Origin: Malacoraja senta | Taxonomy: Eukaryota | Assembly: GCA_038087875.1 (NCBI GenBank) | Contig: CM075985.1 | Location: 7,936,001 to 8,000,000, forward strand | Direction of reading: 5' to 3' | Length of the DNA: 64,000 nt | Shown: positions 10,101-19,780 of the stretch, one piece after another | Layout: the number at the start of each line of letters is the position of its first letter | Numbering within the stretch: the first letter of the stretch is position 1 | Notes under the pieces: generated by a model | The model's database searches: none | What the model saw: only the letters and a program-made list of their open reading frames with translations | Told to the model about the DNA's origin: nothing | Made by a program: the position numbers and the translations under genes

Positions 10101-13100
10101 GTCTTTCTGCTGACTGAATAGCACGCACCAAATGCTTTTCTGTACCTCGGTACATGTGACAATAAACTAAATTAAAACTAAAATAAAAGTTTTGAATTGT
10201 AACAAAGGTAAATGTCGTGGCTGATTCCTACTCAACAATATCTGGAAAACAACAGCATGATGTATACCAGTTCATGTATGGATGGAATGTTTTCCGGGAT
10301 AATGTTTACATGCCATTATGGGAGTTTAAACTTCAGACTTGAATTAGAATGTTGCCAAGTAAATCAAGCTGAAAGTAGAAAGGACATTTCCTGAGCTCTC
10401 AGAATGGTGTGTCACATTGCTTCTACTAGAGTCGGGTTGCAGGATGGCTGAGCAATTTGCGCGGGGTTTGAGTAATTCACAGACACACACACACGATGCA
10501 AACTGGTCCAATCGTCAAGTCAACTGGATCTAAACCACATCTAACAATGAATGACCTGTGGAGGAGGGAACTGTAGATGCTGCTTTTGGATGGAGGGAGG
10601 GAGTGACTGAGGGTAGGTGAAAGGAGAGGGAGGGAGAGGTGAGGGAGGGATTGGGGAGGGGAAGAGGAGAGGGGACCAGGCCTCCCGTGTGACAGGGAGC
10701 CAACAGGTCCCACTTAATCTAGTTTATCACAAAAATTCTGTTAATATGGTATGATTGTGCCATTTGAGAAGGTTCTGGTAAGTGAGGAGCTACCTATATG
10801 GCAGAAATGAATGGCCTTGCCCTCCCCAAATCCATTGGTGGCCATGTGATGCTACGACTGTCTGTTCCATCGGACTGTATATGCTGGCATAATATTCATA
10901 ATGTGCATGCTATCCATGTGTTGAGGTATCATATGTTCAGCTTAAAGTCCTTGTTTCCACTTGCCAACTTTATGTTTATTGCGGATGCTCAAGCACTGAA
11001 GACAGTGGATCACCAAAGAATAAAGGTGTTAATACTGCTGCCAGAATACTGGGCATGCTTGTGCATGCACTGGCTATTAAGGGAATGATTTTTTTACCAG
11101 TTGTGGTACATCCCTGTGTTGATATGTGAAGCCTGCAATGCGGCATGGGTGCAGTCAATGACATTCAGCAGCATTGAGAAGACAACAACCATTCCAAATG
11201 TGTGTGCTCAATCCACTTGCTTGTCCCTAGCAAGAACAAATATGTAATCTGCTGGAAGACAATGGTGACTTCCCTTAAACAAAAGTGGATGGCAAATCAG
11301 GAAATAACATGAATATTTCCAGCTCTGGTTGGAAAGGAACCCAACGTGTATAAATTTGTTATCATGGAGCCCTTAGCAGCCACAGGCAAAGCAGCTCACA
11401 CAGGGCATCAGATCCTACCCAAACAAAGGACACTCATGGCAGTATTTTGCAGTCACAGTGTTTACATGTAGTTTATCATAATGAATGTTTTTGGGTTAAG
11501 AATTCTACATTCGGATAGAGAGCACTGATACGCTTCCTCTTAATTCTTCAACTTGCAGCAGCCGGAATATTAACCTGTTAATTTCCAGAATTGAATGTTA
11601 AACTCCAGAAGTCTGGTGACTTTGCTATAAACATTTCTTTCCCCAGTATGCATGGTTCTTCACCAAGAATCCAGCGTGTGAACTCTGATTCTCATTCCTG
11701 TCACATAATTATAAATTCTTGTTCATTTCCACAAAGGAGGCACAACTTTATTTCTTGATATCATTTTGTTGATATCAGGAAATAAAACTGTGCCTCCTTT
11801 GAGGGTGTCATAAATCAGGAAGAGCAGAGATTGTATGACAACTAAGTAATTCAAGTGAAAAACAACAATTAGCTAGCCAGAAAAATAAGGTGTGCCTGTT
11901 AAAAAGTAAATTTGGCCTTCTTTATCTCTATCACACTTTCTTTATATCTAGTAAAGCATTTATTTTACAACACATTCCAGCAGGGGCTTTGTTGGCCTTC
12001 CTGCTGAATTGATTCTATGATTCCATCCTACCTTGAGCAACTGTATGAACATCAATGATGATAGTACCATTTAGCTCAGTCTGTGATGCTGGATGTTGAA
12101 CTACACATGTGAATTCAGTGGAGTTGGAGCAATTTTCTGTGGAGATGCTAAATGTTTCAGTGTAGTTATAGGTTCCATTGGGATTGGTTGCGTTGCTTAT
12201 ACTGATGAGCCTGAAGGTGAGACAGGTTGGTTGTATCCAAAATTTAATAATATTTGGATAAAACCCATATGCTAAGCATGTAATGTTAATTGATGGTGAA
12301 GAAGAAATCTTGTCGTAAGATTCCAGGAGCCAAAGAGAAGGACAAGCTGGTTATAAAAAAAAGAGATAGATTAGCAATGGTATCATTCTGAAGTGGCATA
12401 TCATTCTTCAAAGATATCCAAATTACATAGGTACTAAATCAGGTTCATATTTTATTACATGAACAGTACTAATTATAAATATACATTTCTTGAAATCAGT
12501 TATGATCTTTATATGCAGACTGAACTCCTGAATATTTTCTGTTGGCTTAATCTACAAATACATTTGGAGCTATCTTGCAGTATTATAATTATACATAATG
12601 TTTTGCTCTTGTTTCCTCATTCTAAAGCATTCATCCCCATCTCTGCCATCCTATTCCCACTATTGTTCCAATCCATGAAGGACTGCCATATAACTAGCCA
12701 CTTTCACACATTTCCAGCCTAACTCGAATACTATGTAGACACAAAATGCTGGAGTAACTCAGTGGGACAGGCAGCATCTCTGGAGAGAAGGAATGGATGA
12801 CGTTTTGGGTCGAGACCCTTCTTCAGACCTATGTATACAGTCATGTGCTTTTTTTTTTATACTCATTCACTTTTATTTTAATTGGCCTTCTCTGACAGTG
12901 GGTCTTGATCATGTTGACTATGCTGTTCCACGATCATTCTTGGCCTCTTGCTTTGGTTGTATCAGCCTTTTCAAATTTCCTCTTCCATCGATGTCAATTG
13001 AATGAGTAAGTTAACCACTATGTTCTCACACAATACTACAACCAACAACCAAATCCTAAATGCTTCCTCACTCCACATAAGAGGTGTCATTTAATACAAC

Positions 13101-16100
13101 AATCTAGTTATCATTTTCAATCCATTCTAATGGTTAATCAGGGATGAACTGAATTAAAGTTATTTCTTTGTTTATCTTCAAGGTAGATGTGTTTGCTGCA
13201 GCCTTCAGTAGATGCAAATCTACTTTCATTTTTTCTTGTCATAAATATGCCATTTGGATTTTTGTAGATCTTAATCAGGAAAATTGTCAGTTTTGTTCAT
13301 AAAGATTCTCTTTTCTCTTCTGTTTCTTCAAAGCTGATCCATAAGCAGTAGAGAATTGACCATTAAGCACATACCATAATTTAGACAATAAAGTACCAAT
13401 TAAATATTGACACAATTTATACATTCGGCAACAAAATGTAAAAAAATCCGATGCTTGTCAACCATGATGGTATGTGCAAAATGTACAGCACAAATAAAAC
13501 ATAGCTTTTATACAAAGGACAAAAGGTCTCAGCTGTGCTGTAAATTTAAAGCAAAATATTTTGTTACCATGTGTAAGAAGGAACTACAGATGCTGGTTTA
13601 AACCAAAGATAAACACAAAAAACTGGAGTAACTCAGGCAGTTTCTCTGCAGAGAAGGAATGTGTGACGTTTCGGGTCAAGAAGTAGGGCCTTGACCCAAA
13701 ACATCAACTATTCCTTCGCTCCAAAGATGCTGCCTGTCCTGCTGAGTTACTCCAGCTTTTTGTGTCTATTTTGTAACCATGATGTGTTCGTTGTGTCAAT
13801 TAAATTCCTGTCTCTAGTATAACAGCATCTGTAGTTCTGGTCTGATTTGGCTAGAAGCCTTGACTATGCCCGATTCTACTGTGCTTCCTCTCTTTGCTGA
13901 TAAATTAACGAAAGGATCTCACTATCAATCTAGATCAAGCACAACTACACTGTCCATTTGAAACACATTTGGCCTCAAGTCTAATTCAGACCACTCTACT
14001 GCTGTAAGAACAAGCATGACTGATTTTAGTCCTAAATTTGTGCCTTTTGATGAAATTAAGTTAAACTTCCTTTATTTCTCACAACAGTGAAAGATATGAA
14101 TAAAATAAAGTCCTTAATAAGATAAATATCATTTGGAAGTATAGATAGTTATCATTGAAATTGATAAATCATGTTACCTTCAATTTTCACACAGACACAA
14201 AAAGTAATTTCAAATATTTCCTTGTTCTGACAAAAGGATAAAGATATGAAATATTTATTCTGTTTCCTTTTCTACAGACTCTGCCTACTGCTATAGCCAG
14301 TGTTTCCTGTTTTTATTACAGTTATCTCAAAAGTAGGTCCAACCTGCCAAAAATGTGTGTCCTAAACCTTCCTAATCTGGACCACTAAGGACAAATTAAG
14401 AACTCCAGCCAGCATGCTGAATTAGATCAGCTAACTCACTGCAGTGCGATGACCATATCTGACACATCTCTCATATAACTGACACAACTGTACAAAGTTA
14501 ATTGCTGCAAAAGTTTGCATTAATGTTCCAAGTAAAACTGCCACAAAACTTTTGAAAGAATTAAAAAATATAATTACCAGTTACATTCAGTAGGATGCCA
14601 TTTCCCTTGTCTGTTAAAGTTGGCGGTGGTGCCAACCGAATCACCTCACAGCAGTGGATTCCATTGTCACTGACTTGAACATTGATAATTGTTAAGATGA
14701 ATGCCTTCAATGTAGAATTATGCCTTACGCAATATCGAGAATGAGAAACCCAAGGTTTATCGGTGGATAGGTTTGCGATTATCGTTGAAGAATATGGGCC
14801 ATCATTGCTTAAAAACCACTTTACTGTAAATCTTGATAGATTACGCATGGAATAGGAACAATGTAATGAGATCGAGTGTCCTTTTACAATGGTAAGCGTA
14901 TCAGGTTGTTGTAAATCATTATTTATCTTGTGTACAGCTGAGGAGAGATTCAGAAAATGTAATTTAAATGCCGTATTTCAAAGTTAATCTTCCCCGCAGT
15001 TTTAATTGTAATAAAGGTCACTGTGCTTGTTTGAACCTCCTCTGCGATTTCCACTTGAGTGGTCAACACATTAAATTTCTTTGTTAAAGTAGAGAAACTC
15101 ATATGTTAACAATTCATATTAGTACATTTGCAGCTGTAATTGGAGTACAATTTTAACACTGCTCCTGCATTTTTTTAAATGTAAACAGGGGAATTTTAAA
15201 CATTCAAATACCATAGAACAGAATTGCTTTCAAGATATATTCTATCTCCACTGCAAGAACAGTACTTCCCAAAACAAATCCATTAGGTACCATGTAACAA
15301 CATAATAAGGCATGGAATGGAAAATATTGCCAGCTGTAGCCATTTTATGAACTGAGACTATTATGATATTTTAACAAAATGTCACCAGATAGAAACAAAT
15401 GAACAAATCAAGCAGTATAAGAACTATGAGTTATATAAAGGATAAATGCACAAGGGGTCTCAACACCAGGGGATCATAGGTTTACATGGAATACCACATT
15501 TCTGAATTACAATGAATGTTTTGGAAAGTTTAAATTAATGCTCTAAGTTTAAAAGCTCAAATGGCTGTGGCATGCTACATCATGAAATATAAAAGTGTCA
15601 ATATGTATTAGTCATTTCAACTTAGGAAGCAAAAACACAATTGCGAATGTTCAAGATGGTTTGAAAAGAAAGTAATAGCAAACATTCAGTGTTGCTAACC
15701 CATTTCAATTTCATCAAGTAAATTCAACACAAAATGCACTAACAAAAGTAGAATCACATCAATTTTGCTATCATTCACTTTAACTGTTACATTTCATGCA
15801 ATTCACAACATATAGTATGAACTTAATGCCTATCCAAATTTGATAAAAAATTAAAGAACACAACGTTGGAAGAACTCAGTGGATCAAGCAGCATTTTTGG
15901 AGGCGAAAAAAGATGGTACTATACCAGTATACTATACCAATATTACCATATTAAAAGAACATTTGGACAGTTACATGAATAGGATAGGTTTAGAAGGATA
16001 TGGGCCAAATGCAGGCAGTTGGGACTAGTGCAGTCAGCGTGAGTAAATTAAGCCAAAGGGCCTGTTTCCAGGCCGTATGACTATGGAAAAAAGTGTAGGT

Positions 16101-16353
16101 CAATGTTTTGGTTCGAGGCGCTGATCAGGACTGATTTAGAATTTCAACATGAAATATTGACTTACACTTTTTGTCTTCTGAGATGCTGCTTGATCACCAA
16201 GTTCTTTCAGCACTCTTTTTTAAATTCTTGATTCCAACATCAGCAGCCTCCATTCACTTGGTGAAATCAAATTCTGTATAAAGTATTACACTTGGGTCTC
16301 ATACCTGCACAAGGTATTAACAGCTGTAGGATAATGTAAAATGATGTCTCCAT
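3998..16353 (-). CDS. Non-rearranging V(J)-C1 Ig-superfamily type I membrane receptor with ITIM+ITSM tail (7 coding exons, 350 aa)
   Basis: Exons 16353-16305 (49 nt), 14937-14578 (360), 12346-12032 (315), 5919-5821 (99), 5369-5299 (71), 5205-5161 (45) and 4111-3998 (114) total 1053 nt. All introns are GT-AG, intron phases are 1,1,1,1,0,0, and there is no internal stop. Protein: METSFYIILQLLIPCA-A-VHKINNDLQQPDTLTIVKGHSISLHCSYSMRNLSRFTVKWFLSNDG...DNGIHCCEVIRLAPPPTLTDKGNGILLNVT-A-CPSLWLL...ITCLAYGFYPNIIKFW...FTCVVQHPASQ...VAQ-D-HKWSTWISILLSISGGTACLFPLVLFLIKCAC-K-RKRMQ...ICYAKLQW...TVYSPVLQ*. Confidence 0.9.
4345..4363 (-). other. Diverged duplicate of cytoplasmic exon 2; candidate 19-nt frameshifting micro-exon
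   Basis: 4330-4435 is a diverged copy of 5150-5270. The original acceptor is deleted, a new TAG acceptor lies at 4366-4364, and the GTGAGT donor is retained. Confidence 0.5.
5161..5205 (-). CDS. Cytoplasmic exon 2, NSLGFPHNQTRRSRL
   Basis: Acceptor GTCCCCTCTCAG, donor C|GTGAGT, 45 nt, phase 0-0. Confidence 0.78.
5299..5369 (-). CDS. Cytoplasmic exon 1, (K)RKRMQEQTRIQSNRTLNLEWNNM
   Basis: Acceptor ATTTCTCATAG, donor G|GTAAAT; the only stop-free reading frame is the one set by the TM exon. Confidence 0.8.
5821..5919 (-). CDS. Transmembrane exon, (D)HKWSTWISILLSISGGTACLFPLVLFLIKCAC
   Basis: Acceptor TTTTCCACAG, donor A|GTAAGT, 99 nt, phase 1-1, uncharged hydrophobic span followed by KRKR across the next junction. 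Confidence 0.88.
6715..9300 (+). mobile_element. Degenerate Rex1/Babar LINE, interrupted by a CR1 (6883-8327) and a Penelope tail (about 8705-8845)
   Basis: SLN|I...ELIVDLRK frame joins across the CR1; VKMVDSLMFLGISISSNLTWS...KKAHQRIYSL...NFYRCT; LPSGR-like motif near 8970. Confidence 0.7.
6883..8327 (+). mobile_element. 5'-truncated CR1 (HER1-like) LINE, young copy
   Basis: RT ORF 6946-8229 in one frame with a single nonsense codon at 7705-7707; GVPQGSVLGP, KFVDDTKL; 3' UTR with (CTATGTTT)n tail. Confidence 0.95.
9957..9979. repeat. (AT)n microsatellite
   Basis: Direct reading. Confidence 0.9.
12032..12346 (-). CDS. Ig C1-set domain exon
   Basis: Acceptor TTTTTTTTATAACCAG; C1 signatures ITCLAYGFYP, IKFW, NPNGTY, FTCVVQHPAS; donor G|GTAGGA; 315 nt, phase 1-1; missed by the ORF track because it has no ATG. 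Confidence 0.93.
14578..14937 (-). CDS. Ig V-set domain exon with germline-joined J-like G strand
   Basis: Acceptor TCTCTCCTCAG; Q-P A-strand, B-strand Cys (LHCSY), C-strand Trp (VKWF), LTIINVQVSDNGxxC, GNGILLNV; donor G|GTAATT; 360 nt, phase 1-1. Confidence 0.93.
16305..16353 (-). CDS. Leader (signal peptide) exon of V-C1 receptor, METSFYIILQLLIPCA
   Basis: ATG in strong context (AACATGG), hydrophobic 16-aa stretch, 49-nt phase-1 exon typical of Ig/TCR leaders, donor G|GTATGA. Confidence 0.75.
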
Positions 16354-16549
16354 GTTACTGTAATCACCAGCTAGATGATGAAACTCTCAGCATCCACAGC
16401 GCAGCTCACCCTATTATTTCTTGTAAATCATCAGATGATCCGTTTCTTTACATACAAAGATACAGTGTGTTGAAGCGTACGAGTATAATGGTTGCAAGTT
16501 TTGCTAGACCACTAATTCCTCTTGGCTTTTATGCAAAGGCATTGGGCAC

Positions 16550-16605
16550 ATGTGATTGGTATAATTTTTGTACGTCACGGTCTTTGCCTCTGATCTTTAC
16601 CACAA
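16550..16605 (-). promoter_or_regulatory. Candidate proximal promoter motifs of the V-C1 receptor
   Basis: CCAAT (16555-16559), CRE-like TGACGTA (16571-16577) and RUNX TGTGGT (16599-16604) cluster 200-250 bp upstream of the ATG; short motifs that may occur by chance. Confidence 0.25.
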
Positions 16606-17084
16606 AATATAGATTGAGAATGCTAAAGAAACTTTTAGTGTGGCTAAACTGGTAACTTTTTAAGCAAATTGCATGAAAAAGATTTACATTTTTCAATGCA
16701 GCATAATTGAAAATGTAATATTTAAACATACCAATTAATGCTAGGGACTCAGAATTTCACATGTACAAATTGGTGGGTTGATCTTTACATGCAGGTTTTT
16801 TTTGTTCAGACAAGCTCATACGATTTAAACGGGTACCATGCCAAATTGTCCCCCAAAAAAGACAATCAGACTCTGAAAGTTTACATAAGACCAACTTAAC
16901 TTGTGTGCCAGTAACTGTTGATTCAATTATGCTTCCATAGAAAAGCTGTGAGGTACAATGGAAGATGTGTGAAGAAAGATCTCACCAGAGATTTAGAGTA
17001 GCACTTTGCATGAACCTACTCCTAATTCGTTTTATTTCACTGTAGCTTTTTCCCCCTTGTTCCTAGTGTTCAGTTTTAATTTAG

Positions 17085-17345
17085 TTTAGAGATACAGTGT
17101 GGAAACAGGCCCTTTGACCCACCGAATCCACGCCGGCCAGCAATCACTCATACACTAGTTTAGTCCTTCACACTATGGACAATTTACAGAAGCCAATTAA
17201 GATACATACCTGCACATCTTTGGAATGTGGGAGGAAACCAGAGAAACTGGAGAAAATTTCAATCAGAGAACGTACAAACAGTCACAGAGTCACAGAGAGA
17301 ACGAACAAACTCTGTAAAGACAGCAGCCGTGGTCAGGATCAAATA
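17085..17345 (-). mobile_element. HE1-type tRNA-derived SINE
   Basis: Reverse complement resembles 18620-18920 and has a CR1-like tail (CACTGTATCTCTAAACTAAA). Confidence 0.75.
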
Positions 17346-18196
17346 ATTGGTCAAATAAGCCATGGTCAGAGACCTGGTGCCTTACAGCACCAGGTCTCTG
17401 GTGCTGTAAGGCTGCAATTCTTTCGCTGCACCAGTCTGCTGCCTTCACCCAATGAACTGGTGAACAATTGTTGTGATAATTCTTTGCATAAGAGTGGCAG
17501 AATTAATTTTGTAATAGAAATCCCATAGTTCTTTCTGAAGGAAAAAGGAGAATTGAAGTACAATCAGGTATGAAATAGCTCAAAAGAATAGTTGAGTGGC
17601 TCACCGATTACATTCTTTCAAATTACATCAAAGAGAGTTTCATCGCATTGCATTCCAATCACCTCTGATGTGGATCAAAATGCTGGAAGAACTCACAGTC
17701 AAAACACCATCGTCCTCAGAAGAGTTCCTGCCCCAAACCATTTACTGGTTTCTCTTTTCACAGTTGTTGCTGGACTTGCAGAGTTTTGTTTTCTGAAGGG
17801 TCAGTTCAGTCTAATTCCAATGTGATGCTTTATTATCCTTCGCAAAGGATACGTATAAAGGAAATGCAATTTTTCACATATCTAACTCATGCATTATAAC
17901 ATTCACTTTGTTTGCCCTAAAACGGGAATAAGCTATTAGCTGCTCCATTGTCTGCCTACAACTCCAATCTAGGTTTGTTTATATATGATTTTTGACCAGT
18001 TGTTATTTCCTGCCTCAATGTTGTATTTATATCCTAATTGGAAATTTGAATTTGAAATGTGTGATACGTTAAGGGACAGGGAGGGTAGTGATGAAGCTGA
18101 TAAGATGTATTTGGTGATCTTAACCACAAGTGTGTGGCCACTGAATATTTTGCAACACAGTATATTTGCCAACACTGCCTGCCAATGAAAATGTAT

Positions 18197-18497
18197 CTCC
18201 ACTTTAAGATATGCAGCCTGATATTAGGGGTAGCAGTAAAATCAACCCATAAAATGGCAGGCATAAAGCCCTGAATCCCCAGCTTCACCTGAGAAATTTA
18301 AATCTGTTCACGTGGGCAATTGAATTTGGCCTTTAAAATCTCAGCTTTATTTATTTTTATGGCAGTTTATTGGGATTAAATGATTGGAAAATCAGGCCTC
18401 GTCTTCAAAATTAATTTACCCCTTTAGTGATGCCTGGAAATTTCAATATTATAGAGATTCTACATGCATCTGTGATGGAACAATGTACAACCTTTAA
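18197..18497 (-). pseudogene. Possible degenerate Ig V-like exon
   Basis: Good acceptor TTCTCTTTCTACAAAG at 18498. With stops and frameshifts it reads LKVV..., GVN*F*RR (TGA possibly from Trp), DFKGQI, ISQVKL-DSGLYAC (18277-18257), AYLKVE. About 300 nt long. Confidence 0.4.
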
Positions 18498-18619
18498 CTT
18501 TGTAGAAAGAGAAGCTGATTGGGGAAAGTTTACATGCGGTTCAGACTTTTAAAGTTGTAAAAATGCCAGCATTTTTTAAACAAAACAAAAGCAAAATTAT
18601 CACTAATTGTGGACAGCAT

Positions 18620-18920
18620 GGCCGCCCATTATGTGCACCAATGGGCAGCCACGATGATGCAGCAGCATAGTTGCTGCCTTACAGCTTTTGCAGCCGGAGA
18701 CCTGGGTTCGATCCTGACTACGGGTGCTGTCTGTACGGAGTTTGTACATTCTCCCCATGACCGCGTGGGTTTTCTCCGAGATCCTCGGTTTCCTCCCGCA
18801 CTTGAAAGACGTACAGGTTTGTAGATTAATTGGCTTGGCGTAAATGTAAAATTTCCCCTAGTTTGTGTAGGATAGTGTTAATGTGTGGGGATCACTGGTC
18901 GGTGCGGACTCGGTGGACAC
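18620..18920 (+). mobile_element. HE1-type tRNA-derived SINE
   Basis: B-box GGTTCGATCC; central domain TTCTCCCCATGACCGCGTGGGTTTTCTCC...GGTTTCCTCCC. Confidence 0.8.
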
Positions 18921-19274
18921 TTGCTCAGATTCTTAAGAATGGAATCCCATCATAACCTCGAGAGGACATGTACTAGGTGAAGCAGAAATTGGTCTTCAAT
19001 TATATGATCTGTTTGGAGGCCAGGTTGATGGAAACGTACATAGGTGGTGATCCGTCTAGCTGTTGTTGGCACTTGCTATTGTGCAAATAATGTGAGCATT
19101 CCCTCAAACACATGTTCAGAAGATGATAGTGGGACTCCTACCCACCTGCATAAACATCTTGCTTCCCGGTCTCAATGACAAGACCCAATCACCATCCTGC
19201 TGCCCCTCAAACATCACAGTCCCAGGAACCATACCACCTTTAGTACCATCAGTATATGTTGGTTAACTAAATTA

Positions 19275-19780
19275 TCAGAAAGCCTTTGATAAGGTGCCAC
19301 ACGTGAAACTGCTAAGGAAGGTGAGAGCCCATGGTATCAAAGGGCAGATACTAGCATGGACTGCAGGTTGGCTGAATGGCAAAAGGCAAAGACTGGCAAT
19401 AAAGGGGGCTTTTTGTGGTTGGCCGCCAGTGGAGTTCTGCAGGGGTCGATGCTGAGGCCGTTACTCTTCACGATGTATATTAATGATTTGGAAGAGGGGA
19501 TTGAAGGCTTTGTGGCCAAGTTTAAGGATGATACCAAAATAGGTGAAGGGGCAGGTAGTGTGGCGAAAGCAGGGACTCTGCAGAAAGACTTGGACAGGTT
19601 GGGAGAGTGGGCAGAGAAATGGCAGATGGAATATAGTGTAGCAAATTGTGCAGGTGTGCATTTTGGTAGTAGGAATAAAGGCGTAGACTATTTTCTAAAT
19701 GGGGAGAGAATCCAGGAATCGAAGGTGCAAAGGGACTTGAGAGTGCTGGTGCAGGATTCCCATAAGTTAATCAGCAAATT
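19275..19780 (+). mobile_element. CR1 RT fragment
   Basis: GVLQGSMLRPLLF...KFKDDTKIG...W..KWQM. Confidence 0.88.

Noticed and set aside
13280-13440. Minus-strand LIGTLLSKL...KKQKRK, resembling a TM plus short tail
   Set aside because: Needs several frameshifts, has no good acceptor, and AT-rich DNA yields such residues by chance.
11454-14937. Search for RSS elements suggesting V(D)J rearrangement (e.g. CACAGTG at 11454-11460)
   Set aside because: No heptamer-spacer-nonamer was found, and V plus the J-like strand share one exon.
17700-17765. WFGAGTLL J-like motif with a CACAGTT heptamer nearby
   Set aside because: No nonamer at 12- or 23-bp spacing, no phase-1 donor at the J position, and it lies upstream of the leader.
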